DNA of 64,000 nt from IMG/VR virus record IMGVR_UViG_2882234885_000004; one strand, 5' to 3'. Both the position numbers and the translations under genes were made by a program. The first letter of the stretch is position 1; the number at the start of each line of letters is the position of its first letter. This DNA comes from an uncultured virus (IMG/VR IMGVR_UViG_2882234885_000004) (taxonomy: Duplodnaviria > Heunggongvirae > Uroviricota > Caudoviricetes). Below are positions 18,897 to 27,438 of the stretch, one piece after another. Under the pieces are notes generated by a model. The model did not search any database, was not told where the DNA came from, and saw only the letters and a program-made list of their open reading frames with translations.

Positions 18897-19679
18897 ATGG
18901 AACTGGATGAAGTCAAGAAACTGAACATTTTTGAGCGGGTGGCCCTCATTACAGCCGAAATCGGCTCTGTGACAAAAGACCTCAAGGTCGGTGAGGGGGA
19001 GAAGTCCTACCAGGCGACCAGTGAAGGAAGTGTCCTGTCGGCGGTGAAGCCGTTGGAAGAGAAGTACCGTGTCTTTTCCTATGCAGTGACCCGTGAGAAG
19101 GAGACACAAATCATTGAGAAGGAATATACCTGGAACGGACAGCAGCGGAAAATCCGCCTGGTCAAGGTTGACATCACGGCCACTTATCGATTTGTGAACA
19201 TCGATAACCCGAAGGAATACATCGAGACCATTTCCTACGGCACTGGCCTGGATACCGGCGACAAGGCGGCCGGGAAGGCGATGACCTATGCGGATAAGTA
19301 TGCCCTGATGAAGATGTACAAAATTTCGACCGGCAACGCAAATGACCCGGATTCCTACAGTTCGCCCGATGATGGGTACATTTTCGGCCAGTTTGCGGAC
19401 TATCCGAGTGAGGATAACCCGCTGGACTATTCGCCGAGAGAGGAACCAAAAGCAGAGCAAAGTGCTCAAAACGCCAATCCTGAAGGGGGCCGCATGAGCC
19501 TTGATGAGGCCAAAGCAGTCATTCTCCCGATTGGTGAGCATAAGGGCCACACCATGGGTGAAGTTCTTGCTATCAAGCCGGGACTCATCGATTTCTATGC
19601 CAGCCAGAAATTCAATTCCGGCAAGTATCCGTATTTAAAGGAAGCGGCTCAGGTCATTCTTGAGAACCAAGGTGCTTAA
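18897..19679 (+). CDS. ERF-family single-strand annealing protein
   Basis: GTGLDTGDKAAGKAMTYADKYAL; C-terminal LPIGEHKGHTMGEV module. Confidence 0.85.
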   Translation: MELDEVKKLNIFERVALITAEIGSVTKDLKVGEGEKSYQATSEGSVLSAVKPLEEKYRVFSYAVTREKETQIIEKEYTWNGQQRKIRLVKVDITATYRFVNIDNPKEYIETISYGTGLDTGDKAAGKAMTYADKYALMKMYKISTGNANDPDSYSSPDDGYIFGQFADYPSEDNPLDYSPREEPKAEQSAQNANPEGGRMSLDEAKAVILPIGEHKGHTMGEVLAIKPGLIDFYASQKFNSGKYPYLKEAAQVILENQGA

Positions 19680-19684
19680 GCACC
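19671..19684. repeat. Octamer site C, perfect palindrome
   Basis: GGTGCTTAAGCACC over the ERF stop codon. Confidence 0.65.
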
Positions 19685-19708
19685 AAAAGAAAGGAGGCAG
19701 CCTCGGCG

Positions 19709-21163
19709 ATGTACAGCCAGCCCAAAATTGACATCCGCGAGGTTGTCAACCTACTGGGGCTTAAAGTTGACCCAAAGTGCTCCATAAACTCTGATACGTT
19801 CAATGTACAATGTCCTTTTTGCCGCGACAAAAAGTATCACATGAATATCAACGCTGAGAAGAACGTGTATTCATGTGTGCTTTGCAGCAAAGAGAAGGGG
19901 CAGGGCGCTTTGGACCTATACAGCAGAGTTGTGCATGGAGAGCGATGCGTCAAGGGGCAAAATTCCAAAAAAATCTTTATGGAACTCTGTGATGCTTTGC
20001 ACCTCGGAGGACCATCAGAACGAAAGACGGAGGTGAAAGAGCGGCCATCGTTGCCGAGAATTCTTCGGGCAGATGATGACACGGTAGGGAAGACTTATGC
20101 GGCGCTTCTTGCTTTCGAGCCCCTTGCTCTTACAGAGCAGCATCGGGAGAATTTGAAGCGGCGTGGGTTTTCAGATGAGACGATTGACCGGAATGAGTAC
20201 CGCTCCTTGGGCCAGAACTATGACTGGCTCGGCGAGTACTCAGATAGCAGAAGTCTCTATCGCAGGCTCAGGTCAGCCATCAAGGAAAATAAAAAATTAA
20301 GACATAAAAGGGAGGATGAAATTGTCGCTGGTCTGGCTCTGGCACAGCACTTACTCAAACTTGGGTGTACTCTAGCAGGCGTTCCTGGTTTTTATAAAAT
20401 CGGTGACTCCTGGAGCTTCAACATCACGCCCGGAATGCTTGTCCCAACCCGAAACATGAAGGGTCAGGTAGTTGCCCTACAAGTCCGGCGGGATAAACCG
20501 GAGAATTGGGAGACAAAAAACAAGGACCGCAAGTTTCTGCGGTATATGACTGTTTCCTCGAAGGGATTGCCTGCTGGCGTTACCGAGGGAATCAGCCGAG
20601 CACATTTCCCCCTGGCGAATCCACCTCTTTCCAAGGATGTGCATGTGTGTGTCACAGAGGGGCCACTGAAGGCAGACGCCGCAAGTGAACTGCTGGGGTC
20701 CGATGCAAAGGTGTTTTTCATCGCGCTTCATGGAACCATGAACACGAAGGAGCTCCCTGGTTTCTTTAAACTGTGCAAGGAAAAGGGAATCGAGCGTATT
20801 GAAAATGCGTTCGATATGGATAAGACCACAAATTTCCATGTCGCGGAGGCCGGAAAAGGCGTCTGGAAAAAGGCAAAAGCTGCTGGCCTCTCCGTCGCGG
20901 TGCGTTGCTGGGATGAGGACTTCGCAAAGAAGAAATATCGTGAGTTGGGTATTCTGTGTGCCAATCACGATATCTTTGTACCGACTTCTCTCAACGTTTT
21001 CGTCGATGTCGCGGCCATGGCAAGAGCGCTGGAAGCCGCAGGTGTGGAGCATAGTGTTGAGACTTTACCAGACGGAACAGAAGTCAAACACTACTGGGAT
21101 GATGCTACTAAGGGCATAGATGATTACCTGCTTACGCAAAAGCAGCAGAAGACTAACTCCTAA
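19709..21163 (+). CDS. Primase-like protein (Zn finger plus Toprim, DUF3854-like)
   Basis: CPFC..CVLC; VTEGPLKAD; AFDMD; KGIDDYL. Confidence 0.8.
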   Translation: MYSQPKIDIREVVNLLGLKVDPKCSINSDTFNVQCPFCRDKKYHMNINAEKNVYSCVLCSKEKGQGALDLYSRVVHGERCVKGQNSKKIFMELCDALHLGGPSERKTEVKERPSLPRILRADDDTVGKTYAALLAFEPLALTEQHRENLKRRGFSDETIDRNEYRSLGQNYDWLGEYSDSRSLYRRLRSAIKENKKLRHKREDEIVAGLALAQHLLKLGCTLAGVPGFYKIGDSWSFNITPGMLVPTRNMKGQVVALQVRRDKPENWETKNKDRKFLRYMTVSSKGLPAGVTEGISRAHFPLANPPLSKDVHVCVTEGPLKADAASELLGSDAKVFFIALHGTMNTKELPGFFKLCKEKGIERIENAFDMDKTTNFHVAEAGKGVWKKAKAAGLSVAVRCWDEDFAKKKYRELGILCANHDIFVPTSLNVFVDVAAMARALEAAGVEHSVETLPDGTEVKHYWDDATKGIDDYLLTQKQQKTNS

Positions 21164-21195
21164 GAGCAGGACCCTATTATGGGTCCTGCTCTTTT
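21162..21195 (+). terminator. Intrinsic terminator
   Basis: AAGAGCAGGACCC/GGGTCCTGCTCTT plus T run. Confidence 0.85.
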
Positions 21196-21214
21196 GCTTT
21201 CTCAAATCATAAAA

Positions 21215-21243
21215 TTGACTAATAAAATACAAAATGGTAAAAT
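21215..21243 (+). promoter_or_regulatory. Promoter of the pilin operon (repeated family)
   Basis: TTGACT-17-TAAAAT with TGG extension. Confidence 0.7.
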
Positions 21244-21249
21244 ATTAAA

Positions 21250-21390
21250 CGAAGAAGCAAAGCGCGTCGCGCTTCTGAACTCGCAGCGTCGAGAGGCGTA
21301 CTCCACAGTCCGTCTTTTGGCGGGTGCCAGCATTATGTGGGTAGTGTGAGTACCCGCCCGACGGACTGTAAGTTACTTTGACGCGGGAAA
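21250..21390 (+). ncRNA. Structured 5' leader of the conjugation operon
   Basis: Nested stems 21286-94/21377-84, 21305-14/21360-69 and 21319-27/21350-58. Confidence 0.6.
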
Positions 21391-21396
21391 GGATGT

Positions 21397-21819
21397 GTGT
21401 TAGAAATGCCCACCGGCCTGATGATTCCGCAAATCGGCAGTCTGACACAGAAGCAGAAGAGGGTCATTGTCCTGCTGTGCTTCGCCGCAGTAGTTCTGTT
21501 TCTGCTAATGATGCCTGCTTTTGCGCAGAGCACGACTACTACGATTGAGACCGAAATCAAGAAGGGTACTCAGAGCATTTATGACCTGTTCAAGGCAATC
21601 CTTGCCCCTATCGCAGTTGTCATGGTGGTCTGGAACGTCTACAAGGCTCTATTCCTTGGTGACAAGGGTATGGAATCCGCAAAGAAGGGCGTCCTGATTA
21701 TCCTGTGCATCGTGGCTGTCGTGTACCTTGCCCCCGTTATCGTTACGACTGTTCGGGATTGGTTCTCCGGCATTGGCAACCAGGGTGTGTTCACCACTGG
21801 TACAGGTACAACGCCATAA
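21397..21819 (+). CDS. VirB2/TrbC-like pilin precursor 1 (start could be ATG 21406)
   Basis: Signal peptide ending PAFA, then two hydrophobic helices joined by a short charged loop. Confidence 0.7.
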   Translation: MLEMPTGLMIPQIGSLTQKQKRVIVLLCFAAVVLFLLMMPAFAQSTTTTIETEIKKGTQSIYDLFKAILAPIAVVMVVWNVYKALFLGDKGMESAKKGVLIILCIVAVVYLAPVIVTTVRDWFSGIGNQGVFTTGTGTTP

Positions 21820-21988
21820 GCTCCGCAGGGAACACTACGCAACATTATCCAGTCACAAAAAGGAGCTGGCCGTCCGGCCCACACCGGATTGGCCATGCCC
21901 CTTTTTTGTTGGCCTATGGAGCAGGAATAATCTGCTCCATAGGCGAGCAATCATTGCCCGCTCAATTAGAAAAGAGGTGAATTCTATT

Positions 21989-22396
21989 ATGTATAGGAGC
22001 CTGATTGGAAGAGAACGAGGGCGCTGGATAATTTGCACTTTGATAAGCGGTGTAATTTTGGCCCTTTGCTTATCATCTCCTGCTTTTGCGAGTAATGTAT
22101 GGTCTGGTACGCACGCCAATGATAATTGGAACTTGACGGGCTTTTTGGACCGGATTATGGATGTCTACAACTTAATCAAAGCAATTTGCGCTCCCTTGGC
22201 TGTTTGCTCTATTGCTGGTGGTGGGTTTGAAGTTTTGTTTGGAAATGAGCAGGAACAGTCAAAAGGAATTGCTCGCATCAAGTACACGCTCATGGCTGTG
22301 GCTGCTATCTTTCTTCTCCCGGCTGTCATCAATATTGGCTACGATTTGGCAAAGAACTTCATGTGGGACCCCAATAATCCAGACTACGTTCCGTGA
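21989..22396 (+). CDS. VirB2/TrbC-like pilin precursor 2
   Basis: GAGGTG RBS; signal peptide ending PAFA; same layout as pilin 1. Confidence 0.7.
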   Translation: MYRSLIGRERGRWIICTLISGVILALCLSSPAFASNVWSGTHANDNWNLTGFLDRIMDVYNLIKAICAPLAVCSIAGGGFEVLFGNEQEQSKGIARIKYTLMAVAAIFLLPAVINIGYDLAKNFMWDPNNPDYVP

Positions 22397-22420
22397 TGCA
22401 GAAAGGAGGTAGATTGTTTT

Positions 22421-24589
22421 ATGATAGAAACCATCCTGAGTTGGATTCTCACAGCGGTTGGGGAAGGGCTCGAAGCCATGATGGATTATCTGTTCGGACT
22501 TCTTGACCTTAGTCTCAGCACAATAGTCAGTTATTTCCCGTTCCTTGTTGCAGCATATCAAGTTCTGCAAGCCTGTGCTCTTGGACTAATCCTGGCGATT
22601 GCGGGATGGAATTTGGTGAAATTCTTCGGTGGGCGGCTTGCAAACGTACAAGATACTCCGATACAAATACTGATTCGAAGTGGCATCGCAGCCGTGCTGG
22701 TCTTTAGCGGAGGGTATCTCCTGACTACCATTGTAGACATAGCAAAGCAACCTTATGATGCCTTGCGGAGTATGGATGCAGTTGGACAGCAACTGGCCCC
22801 ACCGGCCCTTGGTGCATCTGACTTTGTAGCGCTTGGTGTGGGGCCTGCAGCAACACTGCTGATTGCTCTAATTTTTTCGATACTGATAGCATGGAACCTC
22901 ATCAAGCTCTTTATTGAGATTGTGGAGCGATACCTATTGGTTGGAGTGCTGGCATACACATCCCCAATTTTCTATCCATTTTTGTGCTCGACTTCGATGT
23001 CCCAAGTCTTTTCAAAGTTTATAGGGATGTTCGTTGGGCAATGTGCGATGATGACGGTATCCGTTCTATTCACAAATCTCATTTGCTCTATATTTACTGT
23101 CTCTGACTCAGACCCAGACGCCATGTTGAAGTTACTCTTTGGGCTTGCCATGTGTAAGGTCGCTCAACGAGCAGATGCCTACCTCCAACAACTAGGAATC
23201 GGTGTCGCAACGACGGGAGGCAACCTGCTGGGCGATGTCGTCTCTCTTGGTTTGATGGCCAGCCGTGGACTTCGTGATGGATTTACCGGCGGTGGAAGCG
23301 GCGGCGAGTCTGGCGGCAGTAACAGCCGGAAGACAGTGCTGGGCTCTAAAGCAGGTGGTTTCGGCGGCATAGCTGGATTTGCTGCAGGCAGTTACAAAGC
23401 GTATAAGGATGGTGCGACTGGTGCTGACATCTTTAAGCAAGGGGCTAAGACTGCTCATGAGAATGGCGTTAGTTCAATGAATCCTTTCCGCTTTGTCAGA
23501 AATGCGCAGCAGGCCCGTCGGGAGAATATTGCCAGAGTTTCCGTTGAGAATGAGACCAAATTCAATGAGCGCTCTAAATACTGGAACGACCAGCATAAGC
23601 GTTCTTCCACTACTGGTGGCGCGGTCTCCACAAAGAACTACGCAGATTTGGCCAAGGGCGCAGGTATGACCGACCAGCAATACTGGCGCACGATGTATAA
23701 GATGAACGGTGCTGGCAGCGCAGTAGTGGCTCCGTCCAGTGACGGGAAAGGGCAGTCTGGAGCCTTTGAACTTGATAATGCTTCGCAGGCTGCTGGTATG
23801 ATGGTCTCTGATGTCAATTACCAAGGAAAGGGCGCAAATACCGGAGAACCTTTGGAAGGGAAGACCATGCTGACCGGCCCAGACCAGGTTGTAGCAGCCC
23901 ACATCAGAGAGAACTATCAGAAGGCCCAGACTGGTCTGGTGGATGGCAAAGGTAATGTGGACGAGGAGGCCACCAGTTCTTATCAGGACGCAATGGTCAA
24001 CACGATTCAGTATGGCGCTCCTGTGGTAGCCGAAGACGTACTCTTTGGAAGCGATAAAACGCTTGAAGGGAATGATGCGGTTGGGCAGGCCGCTATCAAA
24101 GCCACGTTTGGCAACAAAATCGTTCCTGAGTCAGAAAACGGCTTGCAGAACATCAAGGCCGAGACCGCTCCTGTTGTCAAAAACAGTGACGGTCAGATTA
24201 TCTCCGGCGGCGGCCGTACTATTACCGCCACCTATGAAACTCCTGTCTATGACAAATCTGGCGCGGTTCAGAAAGTTGTGGAGAACGGCGTTGAGAAAAA
24301 TAAGACCACGACCCATCAAATGGTCATTATGGACGATGTGGCTTATTCACAGATGGACCAGAGCGAGCAGTGGAAGATGCAGGCCATTCAGTCCGAGGGC
24401 GGCGGAACCTACTATGTCCGGCGCGCAGAGGTTTCTCAGTATGATGTCAAAAAGGACGATTCGGGTGGTTCTTCGACAGAGCGGGATACTGATGCTTCGC
24501 AAACTGGAAGCCGACGCCAGAGCAGTCCTTTTGGTAAGCGGCCCGGCAGACGCACCTTTAGACGTACCAACAATCGTGATGCAGAATAA
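22421..24589 (+). CDS. VirB6/TrbL-like polytopic conjugation protein with a long Gly-rich tail
   Basis: Multiple TM helices with ERYLLVGVL..SP; located in the transfer cluster. Confidence 0.75.
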   Translation: MIETILSWILTAVGEGLEAMMDYLFGLLDLSLSTIVSYFPFLVAAYQVLQACALGLILAIAGWNLVKFFGGRLANVQDTPIQILIRSGIAAVLVFSGGYLLTTIVDIAKQPYDALRSMDAVGQQLAPPALGASDFVALGVGPAATLLIALIFSILIAWNLIKLFIEIVERYLLVGVLAYTSPIFYPFLCSTSMSQVFSKFIGMFVGQCAMMTVSVLFTNLICSIFTVSDSDPDAMLKLLFGLAMCKVAQRADAYLQQLGIGVATTGGNLLGDVVSLGLMASRGLRDGFTGGGSGGESGGSNSRKTVLGSKAGGFGGIAGFAAGSYKAYKDGATGADIFKQGAKTAHENGVSSMNPFRFVRNAQQARRENIARVSVENETKFNERSKYWNDQHKRSSTTGGAVSTKNYADLAKGAGMTDQQYWRTMYKMNGAGSAVVAPSSDGKGQSGAFELDNASQAAGMMVSDVNYQGKGANTGEPLEGKTMLTGPDQVVAAHIRENYQKAQTGLVDGKGNVDEEATSSYQDAMVNTIQYGAPVVAEDVLFGSDKTLEGNDAVGQAAIKATFGNKIVPESENGLQNIKAETAPVVKNSDGQIISGGGRTITATYETPVYDKSGAVQKVVENGVEKNKTTTHQMVIMDDVAYSQMDQSEQWKMQAIQSEGGGTYYVRRAEVSQYDVKKDDSGGSSTERDTDASQTGSRRQSSPFGKRPGRRTFRRTNNRDAE

Positions 24590-24602
24590 AACCCAACGCA
24601 TA

Positions 24603-24664
24603 AACGGGGTGCCTGTACATGGGCATCCCGTTTTATTGATTATTTTATTGTTAAATGGTATAAT
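24603..24664 (+). promoter_or_regulatory. Terminator immediately followed by a promoter (repeated family)
   Basis: AACGGGGTGCC/GGCATCCCGTT hairpin, then TTGATT-17-TATAAT (24636-24664). Confidence 0.7.
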
Positions 24665-24709
24665 ATTGTAGCTTTATTAGCTGAATATTTTTCAAAGGAG
24701 GTTGTAGAT

Positions 24710-26056
24710 GTGGCTGACAGCAATCAGGAAAATACACTTGAATCTGCGCAGAGAGATATCTCAAATGCAGTCAAGATGGGCGCAAATGCGGCTAAAACGG
24801 CAAAGACTGTTGGTAAAGTCGCCGCCCAAGCGGCATCCGGGAACGTCGCCGGAGCAGCCGTTACTTTATTGAAAGACCCACAAACTCTGAAGAAGATTCT
24901 CATAATTGCGTTACTTCCTGTGTTCTTTGTTGTGTGCCTTGGGGTTTTCTTTCTGTACGCTTTGCCCACCGCTATTTTCGAGGCAGTTACCTCTTACTTC
25001 CAGGGTGTCGGTCAAGAATGGGAGGAAGGCGTTTACAGCGCAGAAGGCGGAATTATCCTTGCAGGAATCTTTGAGACGATAAAGGCAGGTGGGCGAATAA
25101 TTGGGGATGCGGTAGGAGGCGCGCTGGATTTCGTAAAAGGAATCTGGGACGGCCTGACATCCTGGTTTACCTCCGACAGTTCAAGCGATGACGGAAGCGG
25201 AGCCCGTGTCGACGACGGGACAGAGACTATTACCGAAGATGGGACCGAAATCTATGTTACCCATGAAGAAGCAGCAGAAAAGGAGACTCTTTTGAACAAG
25301 ATTGAGTCATGCCAAAAGAAAATCGAAGTGCGGGCGGACCAAATAAAGCAGGCAATCATGGACCAGCATTCAGCGATTGACCAAGTATTCCGAAGCCGCT
25401 TTGCTGGTACATACGACGTCTGGGACGGAACGACCATCAATGTTGTGTACAATGATATTTCCCAGTCTGAGGCCATTCGTTTGTTATCAGCCTTTACGGT
25501 TATCCATGGTGCCTCGCTTGAAGACATGAATCTTTCAGACTTCTTGAAATGGCTTGGTTATTACCGTGAGCTTTCTGGTGCTCACACAGAGTTCAATCTT
25601 GGCGGTGACAGCATCGGGGTCACAGCCAAGGTCAAGACATGGTGCGGGACCTTTATGCCTCAGTATCTCCAAGAACAGATGGAGCAGGACATTGAGGCTA
25701 AAGAGCGCGAGATTGCGGAAAATGGCGGGGATGAAAGCCAGATGGAGGCTGCCCGCAAGTCTATTAAAACCAGTTATGAACAGTACCAGGGGCCTGCTGC
25801 GGATTTGCTCTTGGTTGTGGACTGCCCGAACTTCGAGGATGTCCAGCCCATTTACAGGACGGAAATCACCGAAGATGGAAGCGAAATCATTCATTGCTCC
25901 GTATCCTTCTCTGTTGCCATCAAAACCCGGTCTGTGGACACTCTTTCTACGGAGATTATTGGATTCTGGGATAAAGACCTGGAAGGCGCTATGGCTGACG
26001 GGCAAGTTGCCGACCAAACTGATACAGACGATGATGCACTCGAACCGGCAGCTTAA
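24710..26056 (+). CDS. Membrane-anchored conjugation-associated protein
   Basis: Ala/Lys-rich N-terminus and a TM helix; precedes the cell-wall hydrolase. Confidence 0.65.
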   Translation: MADSNQENTLESAQRDISNAVKMGANAAKTAKTVGKVAAQAASGNVAGAAVTLLKDPQTLKKILIIALLPVFFVVCLGVFFLYALPTAIFEAVTSYFQGVGQEWEEGVYSAEGGIILAGIFETIKAGGRIIGDAVGGALDFVKGIWDGLTSWFTSDSSSDDGSGARVDDGTETITEDGTEIYVTHEEAAEKETLLNKIESCQKKIEVRADQIKQAIMDQHSAIDQVFRSRFAGTYDVWDGTTINVVYNDISQSEAIRLLSAFTVIHGASLEDMNLSDFLKWLGYYRELSGAHTEFNLGGDSIGVTAKVKTWCGTFMPQYLQEQMEQDIEAKEREIAENGGDESQMEAARKSIKTSYEQYQGPAADLLLVVDCPNFEDVQPIYRTEITEDGSEIIHCSVSFSVAIKTRSVDTLSTEIIGFWDKDLEGAMADGQVADQTDTDDDALEPAA

Positions 26057-26090
26057 GATGTCTGCGCTATGCTAAGGAGATGATGCAGTT

Positions 26091-27419
26091 TTGAGACAGA
26101 AAACGAGGCGAAAAATCAGCTCCATTCTGATGGCACTGATGCTGATGCTTTGCCTGCCGACGACCGCATATGCGGCGATTTCTCCGCATGGTGTAGAGGA
26201 TGCCTTCAACCCGGAGTGGAGCGAGTCTGCGGGTTCTTACGCTGATTCCTTTGGTTGGAACACCGACAACATCATGTCCTTCCAGTGGACTGACGAAGAC
26301 GGGGACTCCTACGAACGGCAGACTGGATGGCAGCAGGATTTCTACGAGAATAATGTCCTGACGACCATGCAGTACCTTGGCATCAATGATGGCGGTATAG
26401 GAGGTGTTGGAGGTACAGGGGGCTCCGGCGGCAATATTGTTGCCGTTGCTCTGGGCGAACTCGGCAAAGAGGACTCTCTGGAAGTTCCACCTGGCTCTAA
26501 TAAGTGTAAGTACAATGATTGGTACTGGGGTGAAGGTTCTGCTCAGGAATGGTGTGCGGCGTTTGTATGCTGGTGCGCGAACGAATGCGGTTATTTGGGC
26601 AGCATCATACCGAAAACAGCCAGTTGTTCAACTATGTTTGACTTACTGACCAATGATTACGGCTATTCCTATTATCCAGTCCTGTCCACAACGCCATTCG
26701 GAGGTTCCTCCTACACGCCCGTACCAGGCGACCTGATGTTTTTCTCAGAAACAGGCGACCTGAGTCTCTATAAACCATTCGAGCACATCGGAATTATCGT
26801 CGAGGTAGAGGAAAACGGTTGGTACACCGTCGAGGGCAATACGACCGGCGGCGGTCAAATTCCTGGCGGCGGTGTTGCAAATAACCATTTTACATCATCC
26901 ACGACCCAAGCGCGTGTCCGCAACGGATATGTCGTTCATGTAGAATATCCCGGCCTTGTCGGCAGCGATAATATTGAGCAGGCTTATAACTTCCTGACTG
27001 GTGTCATGGAATTCAATTCTGCGGCCGCCTGTGGCATCCTGGCCAATATGAATGCCGAGTCCACCGGCCTTGTTCCTGACCAGGAGGAAATCGGTGGTGG
27101 CGGTGGCTACGGCATCTGCCAGTGGACCGATACCCGCAGGGATGACCTCGTAGAGTGGTGTGAAAATAACGGTTATGACTATACGACCTTGGAGGGACAG
27201 CTTTGGTTCTTCCGCTACGAAATCTCAGCAATTACTCCCGGCCTCGTCTCAACATTGAAGTCTATCCCCAATACAGCAGAAGGGGCTTATGATGCCGCAG
27301 TAGCCTTCTGTAAGCAATATGAGATACCAAAAGATACAGAGACTGCAGCAGTTATCCGGGGGCAATCAGCTAAGTCGGATTTCTGGCCAACCTACGGGAA
27401 CCGAGAACCTGAGACGTAA
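26091..27419 (+). CDS. Secreted cell-wall hydrolase: CHAP plus phage-tail-lysozyme domain (VirB1 analogue)
   Basis: Signal peptide AYA; WCAAFVCWC, HIGII, VEGNT; AACGILANMNAES, GYGICQWT. Confidence 0.85.
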   Translation: MRQKTRRKISSILMALMLMLCLPTTAYAAISPHGVEDAFNPEWSESAGSYADSFGWNTDNIMSFQWTDEDGDSYERQTGWQQDFYENNVLTTMQYLGINDGGIGGVGGTGGSGGNIVAVALGELGKEDSLEVPPGSNKCKYNDWYWGEGSAQEWCAAFVCWCANECGYLGSIIPKTASCSTMFDLLTNDYGYSYYPVLSTTPFGGSSYTPVPGDLMFFSETGDLSLYKPFEHIGIIVEVEENGWYTVEGNTTGGGQIPGGGVANNHFTSSTTQARVRNGYVVHVEYPGLVGSDNIEQAYNFLTGVMEFNSAAACGILANMNAESTGLVPDQEEIGGGGGYGICQWTDTRRDDLVEWCENNGYDYTTLEGQLWFFRYEISAITPGLVSTLKSIPNTAEGAYDAAVAFCKQYEIPKDTETAAVIRGQSAKSDFWPTYGNREPET

Positions 27420-27438
27420 GGAAAGTGGGTGAAATTTT

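Noticed and set aside
21728..21988. Long N-terminal extension of pilin 2
   Set aside because: It overlaps pilin 1 and two hairpins; the RBS supports ATG 21989
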